Numbered from the stretch's first letter, positions 42,955 to 53,832 are shown. The stretch is DNA of 64,000 bases from Abditibacteriaceae bacterium (GCA_965277285.1 OZ255721.1:1728001-1792000); one strand, 5' to 3'. The notes: generated by a model not told the origin, from the letters alone. Numbers and translations: made by a program.

Positions 42955-44193
42955 ATTCGCGTATTGCTTGTCGAAGATGATGAAGCTGATGTGCTTCTAG
43001 TTGGTTATGCGCTCGAAGAAATGCCGACCATCACGCCCGCGCTGATTCATGTGGCGCGCGTGAGCGAAGCCGAAGCGCTGCTCAAAATCAACACTATTGA
43101 TGTCGTTTTGCTCGATATGGGCTTACCGGACGCGCACGGACTGGAAGGTTTCGAGCGCCTGCAACGTTGCGCGCCGCAGATTCCCATTATCCTGCTGACA
43201 GGCTTCAACGATGAAGCGCGCGCGCTCGAAGCCTTGCAACGCGGGGCCGAAGATTACCTCATCAAAGGCAAAACCGACGCACCGCTTTTGGAGCGTTCGA
43301 TGCGTTACGCGATTGAGCGCAAGCGCAACGAAAGCGCGGTCTTAGATCTGGTGCGAGAACAGATCGCGCGCCAGGAAGCCGAAGCCGCCAACCGCGCCAA
43401 AGACGATTTCCTGGCGACGATTTCGCACGAACTGCGCACGCCTTTGAATGCAATTTTGGGCTGGTCGTCCTTGTTGTGCAGCGGCGAATTGACGGACGAA
43501 GCGATGCAACAAGCCGCGGAAACTATCGAACGCAACGCGCGCGTGCAGGTTCGTTTAATCGAAGATTTGCTCGACCTTTCGCGCATCGTGACCGGCAATT
43601 TCACTTTGCAAACCGCGTCCGTCGAACTGGGCGATGTGGTCGCCATCACTGCCGACAGCCTGCAACCCAACGCGCAGAAAAAACAGATCGCGCTACATCT
43701 CGACTTGGACTCGACAATTGTCGTCGAAGGCGACGCGACGCGACTTCAGCAGATCGCGTGGAATCTGCTTTCTAACGCCATCAAATTCACGCCCGAAAAT
43801 GGCACAATCCACGTTTCCCTACACCGTGGATTTCAAATCGCAGAATCGCAGAACGAGGCATTAAATGTCGAGGCAACAAAGATAGAAACACCAATCGAGT
43901 ACTCAAATGCCAAAGAAGTGCCTTCAAAATCCATTACCGATCATGCCGTTTTAATCGTTTGCGATTCGGGGCAAGGCATCGTACCCGAGTTTTTGCCACA
44001 CGTTTTCGAGCGCTTCCGCCAAGCCGACAGCTCCATCACGCGTCGTCACACCGGCCTGGGATTGGGGCTTTCCATCACGCGCAATCTGGTCGAACTGCAC
44101 GGCGGCACCATCGAAGCGCACAGCGACGGCGAAGATCACGGTGCCACTTTCACGGTTCGCCTGCCGTGCCTTTCCACTTCATCCAACCAATAA
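42955..44193 (+). CDS. hybrid response regulator/histidine kinase
   Basis: RVLLVEDD receiver, SHELRTPL, NLLSNAIKF and GLGLGL; start codon unclear. Confidence 0.88.
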   Translation: MRVLLVEDDEADVLLVGYALEEMPTITPALIHVARVSEAEALLKINTIDVVLLDMGLPDAHGLEGFERLQRCAPQIPIILLTGFNDEARALEALQRGAEDYLIKGKTDAPLLERSMRYAIERKRNESAVLDLVREQIARQEAEAANRAKDDFLATISHELRTPLNAILGWSSLLCSGELTDEAMQQAAETIERNARVQVRLIEDLLDLSRIVTGNFTLQTASVELGDVVAITADSLQPNAQKKQIALHLDLDSTIVVEGDATRLQQIAWNLLSNAIKFTPENGTIHVSLHRGFQIAESQNEALNVEATKIETPIEYSNAKEVPSKSITDHAVLIVCDSGQGIVPEFLPHVFERFRQADSSITRRHTGLGLGLSITRNLVELHGGTIEAHSDGEDHGATFTVRLPCLSTSSNQ

Positions 44194-44198
44194 GCAAA

Positions 44199-44290
44199 AG
44201 CGAACCCGAAGCATCGGCGAGGGAGATAATTTGCAACTATGACGCATCTCTCGTTGCTACTGTCTCCCTCGCTCACGCTTCGGGTTCGCT
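44199..44290. repeat. REPIN-like hairpin, family B
   Basis: agcgaacccgaagcatcggcgagggaga ... tctccctcgctcacgcttcgggttcgct. Confidence 0.9.
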
Positions 44291-44300
44291 AAAGATTTTG

Positions 44301-47300
44301 CTACTGTTTCGCTGCTGTCAACGCCAACAGAACAGGAACGCCGCGACGATCTGCGCCATACGTCATGTCAACGCTCGCAATCGCCACATCGGGACGCGGA
44401 TTGTTCCATTGCTTGGTATAAGCGACCGCGTAATCGTTCGAGTTGGCAAATTTGCTCGTCCACGCGATTTGCGCGCCCGAAATCGCTGTCGGTTGCGCTT
44501 GCCGATAGTTTTCGATGTCGGTTTCCGCATAAATTGGAATCGTCGCGCTCTGGCCATCGGCGTAATGCACGATGTAGCGCGCCATCTCAAAACGGCGATT
44601 GTTCTTGCGATCATCGTCGTTCATGCGATTGTCGATGCGCGCGGTTTGCAGAAAAAACAAGGCGTCCGCTTTCTGATGAACCGGAATGCCCATTACTTGC
44701 TGCGGCGGATTGTTGGGAATGCCATCGCTGCCCAGCATGATCGCGGTTGGGACAGGCGAAGTCGGAAAATCATAAATCGAGTACTCGATACCGCCGAAAA
44801 CCTGCTTGCCCGTTGGCAGCGCGTTAAAGGTAAAGTTCTTGTTGCCAAACCAGCCTTTGTCGTTGCGATATTGCGTCGCCTGATTGTGGATATCAATCGG
44901 CGTGTAGTTCAAACCGGCACCGGCGATAATGGTTTTGCCGACGGCGAAAGGCGCGTTCAAATTGCGCAAAATCGCGCTGAAGATGTTCAGTTTTTTGGTC
45001 GCGTTGACGGGAACCGCTTCGCTGTCCCTAAACAACAAATTGCACAACACCATGCCGCCGTTGCCGCGCGGATATTGAATCAAGCCGCCAACGTTGAGAA
45101 GCGGTTTGACGCGATTGTAAAAATCCGCCGGGCGCGCCGCTTTCAGATAAATGTTGTCCAATCCGATGACATCATTGCCCGAACCGCCTTGTTTGCCAGG
45201 CAAATGCTGCCAATCCAAAATTTGCACCGTGACGTTTTGTCCACTCAGCGGCGGATTGAGCGTTAAGGTTTGCGGATCGGCTGTCGGCAGAACGTTCCAC
45301 GATTGTTTTTTGCCATCGATGACCAGCCCGACTTTGGTTTGGCCGTTATACAACGTGTTGCCGACCCACGTCCATTCTGTGATGGTTTGCGGCTTGGAAA
45401 GTTTGAATGAAAGTTCCGCAGCGCCGCTTTTGGGCGCATCGAAGTTGTTGATCAGCTTCCAGCCATCGGCCTGAAAAAAGCCGTTGACCGCGTTGTTGTA
45501 GAGATAGTTGTCGGTCGTGCCAAACGGCGCCACATCGTCGTAGTCGACAATCGCGGAAAAGATGTCGTCCGCCACGTATTCGTCGGCTGTCCAAGGGAAA
45601 ATGCGTTCGCCGGACAACATCACGACATCGCCCAAAGTCAATCCCGCCGACAAAGGGTTGCGTGGAGTCGAAAGCTGCACGCGCTCGCGGCGCATCGGGC
45701 GAATCATGTGATTAAAGCCGACGATTTTGTTGTAATCGTCCAAACCTGCGGCACTCAAACCGTGAAACACAACGTAACCGCCGCTTTGCATGAACGCATT
45801 CAACTTCGTCATATTGGCGGACAATTGCTGCAAATTGGCGGGCGTCGCTTCGATGATCGCCAGTTTTGTCGCGGGATTGGAAATCGCCGTCAGCGCATCG
45901 TTCGCGTTCGAGTACTGAAGACCAATCGCATCTGCGGCTTTAGTCAATTGCGCGTCGCCGCTTGAAACTAATGAGACAGCGCGAAAAACTTGTTTATAAG
46001 TCGCGCCATAAGCGAGCAAATTGCTCATCAATTGCTGCGCGACGGCGTTATTGCCCAGCTTTTCGCCGACCAGAAGCTGCGACAAAAGCATGACACCTTT
46101 GCCAGTCGGCACTTCGACCAGAGCGGTTTGCGCCAGTCGCGGCCCGCATTGCACCAATGAACGCGCGCCACGAATCGGTTTCAAATAAGCGCTGCGATAA
46201 ACCGCGTTGTCGGGCGCCCAACCCATAAAATCGCCGCTCTGCAAACCGCGCATGGCGGGATGATTGAGGTCTTCAGGAAACGCAAGCGCGCCGCTGCTGA
46301 CCGAAATTTCCTCACCGAATTCGTTGCGCGAAGTCGCGGGCGCGACATCCATATCCGCCGTAATCGCCTGATATTTCAAAGGGTTTTTCTGATCGAGCAC
46401 AACGACGCTGCGTCCGCTCGACGCCCACGCCGCCAATGCACTCGAAGTGCTTTGCTCAACCGTCAGCGCATCTTCGCCAATTACAAGCACACGACCCGTT
46501 GCAGGCAAATTCGCCAGGCTGTTCAACATCGTAAAGGTTTGTCCGCTGTTTTTCAAGAAGGCGATTGTCGAACCGTTCGGGTCATAAACGAACAGATTTT
46601 TCGCGTTCAAACCCGCGACGATTTGCGCGTTCGATTCCGTCACAGCTTCAAAACTCGTGCGCTGAACAGAAGGTTTCAACGCCGTCGCAGAACTCCCAAG
46701 CGTAGCGACGCGCGGCAAAATCGACAGCATTTTTACGTCACGAAAAACTTCTTTACCAGCCGCTGATAGCGTCAAAATAAGGCGTGCGTTCTGGCGCGTT
46801 GTAACGTTCGGCATTGGAATCGTTTCGTCGAATTTGGAGTTTTCGCCAGGCGCGATGGTGTGAATTGTCGTCTTGCTCCAGACGGTTTTGCCGCCGCTTT
46901 CGAGTACTCGATTGAAGGTTAAAGGCGCGTTGTATTCACTGTCGTTAAAAATGCCGAAAGTGCGCACAACTTTCTGGCCGCTGCCGAACGTCGTGTCGTA
47001 TTGGCGCACGAAAACCGCGCGCGGGCTTTGCGAGTTCCACGGATTGACGACTTCGCCCGCGCCCGACCAAAACTGCCACGCGCTTTGACCGCTCCAGCGA
47101 TAACCTTCGGTCAGCATTCGATACAAAAAATCCCCTGCGGGACGCGCGGCGGCTTTGCTGAGAAACGCGCTTTCGCCGCCCCACTGCGCGTAATCGGCGG
47201 GATTGATGCCCGTCGCAAAATAATCTTCGCCGATGAAACGCGGGCGTTTTTGATCCCAAATCCAACGTCCGCGACCGCCACCTTCGGGGTTCGCCTGATA

Positions 47301-49493
47301 CGCCAAATCGGGATAACGCGTGTCACTTGGATTGAAAACGTAATGATTGCCATGAACCGGCAAAGTCTGAAATTTGGTCGCGCCGCCGCCATCGATCATC
47401 ACCGGACGCGTCGGATCTTCGGCCTGAATCACGTTCACCACGTCGGTGATTTTGTGTTCGTATTCGTCCATCAAAGGGCCGTTGCCCAGCAAATTGATGA
47501 GGTTGATGTAAGCGAACTCGTTTTCCGGCGACCAGATTTGAATCGACGCGTGATTGCGTTCGCCGCGCACCTGCTGCAACATCTGGTCGCGCCAGTTGTT
47601 CATCAGGTCGACTTTCATTTCCGAACCATTGTTGCGCGCCTTCATCGCCGCGTCGTTTTCGCTAAACGCGTAGCCAATCGCTTCGCCGTCGAGAGTTCCG
47701 TTGCGCCGCACTGTGACGCCACTTTTGTCGAAAAACGACAACACATCGCGCAATGGCATTGCCAGATAGCGCCACGAACCGCCGCCTTGACCTGGCATCA
47801 TCAAGCGAAAAGTGCGCTGATTGGTATCGCGGTAGCTTTTCAAAAAAGACGCGGTGTCGTTCGCGCCCAGCGGCGTCAAATCCGCCCACATCGGCCACTT
47901 GATGCCATTCAAAGTGAACTGCGTGCCGCGCGTCGCCCATTCGCGGAAACCGAACTGTGTATCTTTCGCATCAACGATTTTGTTGTTAATTACAACCGTC
48001 GTGCGCAACGTATAAAGATTCGGCTGATCGGGCCACCACAATTTAGCGTTTGGCCAACTTTCCGCGACATCGAGTACTCGATTTGCATTTGCGCCAATCG
48101 TAAACGTCTTCGGTGCGAAACTTTTCGCTACCGCGCCAGACGCATCAAGCGCCGCCCAGCGGACTTCGCCGGACACATTGGCGTTGGTCGAATTCGTCAA
48201 AGTAATCTGCGCCGCGAGTTGATGATTTGCAACCGAAGGTTTGACAAAAACATCGCTGGCATACGTCGAACCGGCGGACACCAAAGTTGGCGCTTCGAGC
48301 ATTCCCGATTGCGCATTGTTCCAGATCGGATACGCCAAATCCTGGAAACCTTGACCAAAGAAACCCATCGGAAGGTTGAACGTTCGGCGCAATTTCAGCG
48401 GATCGGCGGGGTTCGCCGTGCGGCCATACCACGCGTCGCGGATGCCGACGCGAATTTCGTTGTTGCCGCTTTTGATCGCTTTGGAAACATCGATTTGAAA
48501 CGGCGCCAGCGGGTTTTTGTTAAAGCCGCACAGTTGACCATTGACGACAACCGTCGTGTTCAGGCTGTTGAGAGGAAAGTCCAGAAAAAACGAACGCCCG
48601 CTTTGATTCGCGGGAACATCGACGTGCGTGCGATACCAAAGTCGGTGCGCCATTAATAAATCGGGGCGAGCCGCGTTTTTGTCGGAAGGAACCGCAATCG
48701 CTGTCCAATGCAGTTCCGGCGACAAGTTCGTCATCGGCGTGGCGACTTCGACGGGAGTTTGTTCATCGTCGCGCGCCACTTCCCAGTCGCCTGCGAGTTT
48801 CACCGAAGATCGAGTACTCGATGTCGCGTCCGGCAAGGCGAAAACGTGGTTTGTGGCGGCTTCATCGGTGGCGGTGCGAAAATTTTCGCCGGGCTTCCAT
48901 TTGCCGTTGGGATGAAATTCGCCGGGAACAATCGCAATCGCGTCGCTCGCGTACAAAATGCGCTGCGTTGCGCCTTTGGCGTCTTTGGTTTTCGGCAGGC
49001 GAATTTCCAGCGTGTGGTCGCCCGCGTTCAATTGTTGCGCGCCCAACTGAAGCCAGGCGACTTCGTTCCAATCCTGCAATTCCATCAAATCGGTCGTCAA
49101 TTGGTCGGGCGAAATTGGATTCCAGGCGCCATTATCCAGTCGCCAATCGAACGGCGAGCGCACGAACTCGTAACCAATACGATTCCAGATTTGATAATTG
49201 GCGGCTTTGGACGCGTTGAATTTGTAGTTCAAAACGAGTCCGTCGGCGGGAATCGCACTGCCCACATTTGCGGCATCGGCGCTGATTTGAAACCACGAAC
49301 CGCCGGACAAAAACTCGGAATGTCCCCAACCGGAAGTCTGGATTTTTAATTTGTCGCTGTTTTGCGCGTTGAGGCTCGCCGTGTTCTGGCTTTCGATCCA
49401 GATCGCATCGTTCTGCGCTTGCGCCGCGCTTGCAAAACTTACAATGGCGGCCATGACAAAGGCCGCGTTCCAAAATCGCTTCATATTCCGCAT
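44301..49493 (-). CDS. large secreted glycoside hydrolase family 2-like protein
   Basis: Signal peptide; WWPDQPNLY, FGFRE and RNHASIQIWSPENE motifs; start after GAGGAG. Confidence 0.8.
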   Translation of the reverse strand: MRNMKRFWNAAFVMAAIVSFASAAQAQNDAIWIESQNTASLNAQNSDKLKIQTSGWGHSEFLSGGSWFQISADAANVGSAIPADGLVLNYKFNASKAANYQIWNRIGYEFVRSPFDWRLDNGAWNPISPDQLTTDLMELQDWNEVAWLQLGAQQLNAGDHTLEIRLPKTKDAKGATQRILYASDAIAIVPGEFHPNGKWKPGENFRTATDEAATNHVFALPDATSSTRSSVKLAGDWEVARDDEQTPVEVATPMTNLSPELHWTAIAVPSDKNAARPDLLMAHRLWYRTHVDVPANQSGRSFFLDFPLNSLNTTVVVNGQLCGFNKNPLAPFQIDVSKAIKSGNNEIRVGIRDAWYGRTANPADPLKLRRTFNLPMGFFGQGFQDLAYPIWNNAQSGMLEAPTLVSAGSTYASDVFVKPSVANHQLAAQITLTNSTNANVSGEVRWAALDASGAVAKSFAPKTFTIGANANRVLDVAESWPNAKLWWPDQPNLYTLRTTVVINNKIVDAKDTQFGFREWATRGTQFTLNGIKWPMWADLTPLGANDTASFLKSYRDTNQRTFRLMMPGQGGGSWRYLAMPLRDVLSFFDKSGVTVRRNGTLDGEAIGYAFSENDAAMKARNNGSEMKVDLMNNWRDQMLQQVRGERNHASIQIWSPENEFAYINLINLLGNGPLMDEYEHKITDVVNVIQAEDPTRPVMIDGGGATKFQTLPVHGNHYVFNPSDTRYPDLAYQANPEGGGRGRWIWDQKRPRFIGEDYFATGINPADYAQWGGESAFLSKAAARPAGDFLYRMLTEGYRWSGQSAWQFWSGAGEVVNPWNSQSPRAVFVRQYDTTFGSGQKVVRTFGIFNDSEYNAPLTFNRVLESGGKTVWSKTTIHTIAPGENSKFDETIPMPNVTTRQNARLILTLSAAGKEVFRDVKMLSILPRVATLGSSATALKPSVQRTSFEAVTESNAQIVAGLNAKNLFVYDPNGSTIAFLKNSGQTFTMLNSLANLPATGRVLVIGEDALTVEQSTSSALAAWASSGRSVVVLDQKNPLKYQAITADMDVAPATSRNEFGEEISVSSGALAFPEDLNHPAMRGLQSGDFMGWAPDNAVYRSAYLKPIRGARSLVQCGPRLAQTALVEVPTGKGVMLLSQLLVGEKLGNNAVAQQLMSNLLAYGATYKQVFRAVSLVSSGDAQLTKAADAIGLQYSNANDALTAISNPATKLAIIEATPANLQQLSANMTKLNAFMQSGGYVVFHGLSAAGLDDYNKIVGFNHMIRPMRRERVQLSTPRNPLSAGLTLGDVVMLSGERIFPWTADEYVADDIFSAIVDYDDVAPFGTTDNYLYNNAVNGFFQADGWKLINNFDAPKSGAAELSFKLSKPQTITEWTWVGNTLYNGQTKVGLVIDGKKQSWNVLPTADPQTLTLNPPLSGQNVTVQILDWQHLPGKQGGSGNDVIGLDNIYLKAARPADFYNRVKPLLNVGGLIQYPRGNGGMVLCNLLFRDSEAVPVNATKKLNIFSAILRNLNAPFAVGKTIIAGAGLNYTPIDIHNQATQYRNDKGWFGNKNFTFNALPTGKQVFGGIEYSIYDFPTSPVPTAIMLGSDGIPNNPPQQVMGIPVHQKADALFFLQTARIDNRMNDDDRKNNRRFEMARYIVHYADGQSATIPIYAETDIENYRQAQPTAISGAQIAWTSKFANSNDYAVAYTKQWNNPRPDVAIASVDMTYGADRRGVPVLLALTAAKQ

Positions 49494-49705
49494 ACGATTC
49501 GCTCCTCTGTCAGCCTTTGATGACGCCATTTTGACAGCTCTGATTCAATTCCTCAGAACGTCCTAAAAAGTAGAAGAAAGTCATCGAACTCGCAGTTTGT
49601 CATTCTGAAGGCCGCAAAGAATCACATAAACTCAAGTTGCGACTTAATCAGTGCCTGCGAGTGAACTCGCAGACAAGTTCGAGTACTCGAAGCATCTGTG
49701 TTAGC

Positions 49706-50686
49706 TCACGCGTTGTAAGCGTTGAGGATTTTGTCGATCAATTCGTTGGTGCCAACGCTCGGTTTTTTGCGCGATTCGTCTTCATCGAACCATTTGAGAG
49801 CACGACGCACGCCTTCGCTAAACGGAATTGTCGCTTTGAAATCGGGCACAAAGGTTTTGATTTTGGTGTTGTCGAACAAGGCGCATTTCGCTTTGTCGCC
49901 CAAAAGTCCGGGGCCGATTCCGGCGTCGAAGCGCGCGATATAATCGCTGGAAACATGAACGATTTTGGGCGCGACGCCCAGAGCATCGCCGATAATCGTG
50001 TGAATCTGATCCCACGTCAAAGCTTCGTCGGACGTGATGTGAAACGGGTGTCCAATCGATTGAACGTTGCCCAGCAATCCAACGAAACCTTTGGCGAAAT
50101 CTTCCGAATGCGTCAAAGTCCACAGCGAAGAACCGTCGCCGTGTGAAATGATCGGTTGTCCGTTCAAGATGCGCGCGGGAATGGTGTAATCGCCGCCGAA
50201 AGTCGTCGGCAAGCCTTTGTCGTAAGTGTGCGAAGGCCGCACAATCGTCATCGGGAAACCTTCTTCGCGGTAAGCGCGATTGAGGCGTTCTTCGCAGGCG
50301 ATTTTGTTGCGCGAATATTCCCAGAACGGGTTATAAAGCGGCGTCGATTCGGCGATGAAGGGAAACGTTGGCCGACTTTGATAGGCCGACGCCGAAGAAA
50401 TGAAAATGAACTGCTTCGTCTTGCCGCGAAACAATTCGAGATCGGTTTCGATGTGCTGCGGCGTGAAAGCGATCCAATCGACCACGACATCAAAACTTTC
50501 GTTTTTCAAGGTTTCGCGCGCTTGTTCTACATTCCGAATATCGGCTTCGAGTACTCGAACGCCTTGTGGAATATCGGCATTGTTGCGCCCGCGATTGAGA
50601 AACGTCAGTTCAATTCCGCGCTGCACCGCCAAGCGGCTGCACCACGAGCTGATCGTTCCAGTTCCACCAATAAATAAAACTTTCAT
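49706..50686 (-). CDS. NAD-dependent epimerase/dehydratase (SDR)
   Basis: GGTGTIS, FISSASAY and YSRNK. Confidence 0.92.
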   Translation of the reverse strand: MKVLFIGGTGTISSWCSRLAVQRGIELTFLNRGRNNADIPQGVRVLEADIRNVEQARETLKNESFDVVVDWIAFTPQHIETDLELFRGKTKQFIFISSASAYQSRPTFPFIAESTPLYNPFWEYSRNKIACEERLNRAYREEGFPMTIVRPSHTYDKGLPTTFGGDYTIPARILNGQPIISHGDGSSLWTLTHSEDFAKGFVGLLGNVQSIGHPFHITSDEALTWDQIHTIIGDALGVAPKIVHVSSDYIARFDAGIGPGLLGDKAKCALFDNTKIKTFVPDFKATIPFSEGVRRALKWFDEDESRKKPSVGTNELIDKILNAYNA

Positions 50687-50725
50687 TCGATTCTCCTGAT
50701 AAGTATTGTTTCAATTGTAAGATTT

Positions 50726-50867
50726 GATAGTGGTTCAGATGAAGTCTCTGCACGAACCCTGAGCGTCAGCGGCGGGCTTACGTAATAGCTACATGAAACT
50801 ATAAATTCAGCCCGTCGCTGACGCTCAGGGTTCGTTAATTTGGCTTACTTTATCTGAACCACTATCG
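50726..50867. mobile_element. MITE-like element: 20-bp outer inverted repeats around a family B hairpin
   Basis: gatagtggttcagatgaagt / actttatctgaaccactatc (19/20 match) enclosing acgaaccctgagcgtcagcg...cgctgacgctcagggttcgt. Confidence 0.55.
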
Positions 50868-50872
50868 AATGA

Positions 50873-53095
50873 TTAATGTCCCAGAACGCGCAGTTCATCG
50901 TGCGCGATTTCTTGAGCACGCGGCACATAAAGCAGCGTATATTCCGAGTTCCAGGTCGGTTGTTGGGGCGAGCGCAGAACCAGTTTCATCTGCGAAACAT
51001 TAGCGTGCGGCAACATGAAACGGATTTGCGGCCCAAGCAGGTTGACGTTATTTTGAACACAGGCAAAATCCCAACCGAGCAGGAAATGTTCGTTGTCGCC
51101 CAATTGTAAAACGGCTTCGATGCGTCCATTCGAGTACTCGATTGGTGCGTCGTTCAGCACAAACAGTTCGGGATTGAACACTTCGCCTTCGTGCCAGCGA
51201 AACTTGGCGATGCGCGCGCTGGCCAAAGTCGGGCGACAACTGTTGGCGACGTGTTGCAAGGCGGGTTTCGGTTTGTCCGGCCAATTCACCAGACTATTGT
51301 TGGCGGCGGTTGGCCACGGTTCGTTGAAGCACCAGTTCAAGGCCATCGAACAGGTCGGTTTCTGGCGGCGCGCTTCTTCAAACAAGGCTTTATAACCTTC
51401 GTTTTGCATCAATTGACCGCGCTCAACGATCTGCGCCACGTTTTGCGCCACGCCGAAATAATCTTCGACGACATCGAGCAAAAGCCAGGCGTTCGGCTCC
51501 CAAGCGGCAATCGCATGATGCGTTTCCCAGCTTGTGCCCAGACGCGGCGGAAACATTTCGTCCGGCGGAATGATACTTTCAAGCACATCCAAATTCGATG
51601 GGCCGCTGCAACCAAATTCGGTGTAAGCCGTCGCGCCCGCGTCCACGAAAAGCTGAAATGATTCGACGCCTTTGGCATCACGGAAAATATAAGAGCCGTG
51701 CGCCATTCCCATCAAAGGCGAAGTCATCAGAAACGGGCGATGCGGGTCGAGATCGTAGCAATTGCGGTTCAACAAGCGCAACGCTAAATCCTGATCGGTC
51801 ATACCCGACCACGCATTAAAAAGTTCGTTGCCGCCGCACCAAATCGCCAGCGACGCGTGATGGCGCAGGCGTTTGATAATCGACTGCGATTCGTCATCGA
51901 GTACTCGAAGGTATTCTGGCGTGCCTTCATAACGCGTGCAGGCGAGCGGAAATTCCTGCCAGACCATGATACCGCGCTCGTCGCAAATCTCAAAAAACGC
52001 GTCCTTGTTGACAATCGCGCCGCCCCAGCAACGCAAAATGTTCATGTTCGATTGTTGCACCAAGTTGAGCAACGAATCGTACGTTTCGCGCGTGATTTGT
52101 CCCGGAAAAATATCGGGCGCGACCCAATTCGAGCCTTTGGCGAAGATGCGGCGCCCATTGATTTGCAAAGTAATTGGCGGCGTGCTGCGCGTCTTTGGGA
52201 AACCTGAAGGCTCGTCCCACGCTGTCGGGTGCATCACCAACTGAACATCGCGGAAACCGATGCGCTGCGATCTTTCCTGGACAATTTTTTCGTCGTCCAA
52301 CAATTCAAAGCGCGAAGTGTAAAGAACGGCTTCGCCTTCGCCATTTGGCCACCACAGTTGCGGGTTTTCCAATTGCGCTTTGAAGACAACGTTTGATTCG
52401 CGCGCTTCGCTTTCCTGCGTCAAGACAGCTTGCCCGTTTGCATCGATCAAAGTCCAGCGCACGAGATTTCCCGATTGTGAAAGTTCGCAAGTCGCGGTGA
52501 TTTCGGCAATCGAGTACTCGTTGTTTAATTGCGACACGGTTTCGACGTTTTGAATGTGTTGCGCGCGTCGCGTTTCGAGAAAGGTTTCATCCCAGATACC
52601 CAGCGGAATCAAGCGCGGATGAAAATCCCAGCCGTAAGCGACCGCAGGTTTACACGATTGATTCGCCTGATCGCGCGTCGGCGGCTGTGGGCGCGATTTG
52701 GGCGCGGGAAACACCACAATTTGCAACGTGTCGCCGCCACGCATGCGCTGTGTCAAATCGATTTCAAACGGCTTGAACATTCCTTCGTGCGCATAAAGAA
52801 CTTTGCCGTTCAAGCGCACTTCATATTGATAATCAATGCCGCGACAAACGAAAAACAGGCGTTCGTTTTCCCTTATCGAAGCGGCGGGAAGTTCGGTTTC
52901 ATACGTCCAGAAAACGTCTTCCATCCATTCATAAGCGCGAAAATTGTCAGCGTAATTGTGGTCGGGCCAATCGTGAGCGCGCGCCCAATCGAGTTGAACA
53001 GCGCCAGGGATTTGCGCGGGCACGAACTTGTGCGGTCGAGTACTCGAATCGGGCGCTTGGCCGACGCGCCATTGCAAATCGTGTTGTGTTTTCAT
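50873..53095 (-). CDS. GH2 beta-mannosidase-like
   Basis: INGRRIFAKGSNW, NMNILRCWGG, VWQEF, WCGGNE and TEFG. Confidence 0.9.
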   Translation of the reverse strand: MKTQHDLQWRVGQAPDSSTRPHKFVPAQIPGAVQLDWARAHDWPDHNYADNFRAYEWMEDVFWTYETELPAASIRENERLFFVCRGIDYQYEVRLNGKVLYAHEGMFKPFEIDLTQRMRGGDTLQIVVFPAPKSRPQPPTRDQANQSCKPAVAYGWDFHPRLIPLGIWDETFLETRRAQHIQNVETVSQLNNEYSIAEITATCELSQSGNLVRWTLIDANGQAVLTQESEARESNVVFKAQLENPQLWWPNGEGEAVLYTSRFELLDDEKIVQERSQRIGFRDVQLVMHPTAWDEPSGFPKTRSTPPITLQINGRRIFAKGSNWVAPDIFPGQITRETYDSLLNLVQQSNMNILRCWGGAIVNKDAFFEICDERGIMVWQEFPLACTRYEGTPEYLRVLDDESQSIIKRLRHHASLAIWCGGNELFNAWSGMTDQDLALRLLNRNCYDLDPHRPFLMTSPLMGMAHGSYIFRDAKGVESFQLFVDAGATAYTEFGCSGPSNLDVLESIIPPDEMFPPRLGTSWETHHAIAAWEPNAWLLLDVVEDYFGVAQNVAQIVERGQLMQNEGYKALFEEARRQKPTCSMALNWCFNEPWPTAANNSLVNWPDKPKPALQHVANSCRPTLASARIAKFRWHEGEVFNPELFVLNDAPIEYSNGRIEAVLQLGDNEHFLLGWDFACVQNNVNLLGPQIRFMLPHANVSQMKLVLRSPQQPTWNSEYTLLYVPRAQEIAHDELRVLGH

Positions 53096-53156
53096 AATTC
53101 GGGTTCGTCATAGTTATAGCAATTCCGCACTGAAAACAAAACGAACCGGCAAACAA

Positions 53157-53245
53157 AGCGAACCCGAAGCGTAAGCGATGGGCTTGACTTGAGAGTTACA
53201 TCATACTTCTCAAGTCAAGCCCGTCGCTTACGCTTCGGGTTCGCT
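53157..53245. repeat. REPIN-like hairpin, family B
   Basis: agcgaacccgaagcgtaagcgatgggcttgacttgaga ... tctcaagtcaagcccgtcgcttacgcttcgggttcgct. Confidence 0.9.
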
Positions 53246-53394
53246 GACATCTGGAAAGTTTATTCCCAGCCACGCAGGATTTTTCAGTTTCGTCCAGGTG
53301 AGCAGATTCGTCATCGACCATGCTGTCCAAGCGCGTCCGCAAATCCTCCGGCGATGGCGCGCCGTTTATCGAGTACTCGAACCTTCCCGAGCGT

Positions 53395-53832
53395 TTAATA
53401 ACGTCCGAAACGTTTCCTGTTCTTGCCAAAAACCTTCGCATCGAGCGACAAAACGCCTGGCCCGACCAAGAGGAACAAGAGTGCCACGAAAAAATACGCG
53501 AACGATAATTCCGCCGAAGGGCCGCTTCCCGCCAGCAACGGCTTGCCCGATTTCAGCATCGACAATGTGGCGACGAACATCGTACTCATCAGGCCAAAGC
53601 ACGCAATTGGCGTCAACAAACCGACGATCAGCGCCAAACCGCCGCCAAATTCGGAGATCGCCGCCAGCGCCTGCAAAATGCCAGGAACCGGCGCGTTTGG
53701 TCCCATCCAACCAAATGGGCTATGCATCTTCGGCCAGCCGTGAACCACGAACGCCAAGCCAATCGCCACGCGCAAAAACAGCAACCCGACAGCGCCCGGC
53801 CCTTCAATCCAATTCGGCCACAAACGATTCAT
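53395..53832 (-). CDS. DoxX family membrane protein
   Basis: LRVAIG..FVVHGWPK, EFGGG...GLLT and GPGVLSLD; start ATG 53832 after AGGAG. Confidence 0.9.
   Translation of the reverse strand: MNRLWPNWIEGPGAVGLLFLRVAIGLAFVVHGWPKMHSPFGWMGPNAPVPGILQALAAISEFGGGLALIVGLLTPIACFGLMSTMFVATLSMLKSGKPLLAGSGPSAELSFAYFFVALLFLLVGPGVLSLDAKVFGKNRKRFGRY

Noticed and set aside
43959..48656. Long + strand ORFs (43959-45266, 47001-48656) and similar shadows (33641-34810, 54236-55351)
   Set aside because: Antisense shadows of well-supported genes with no recognisable motifs
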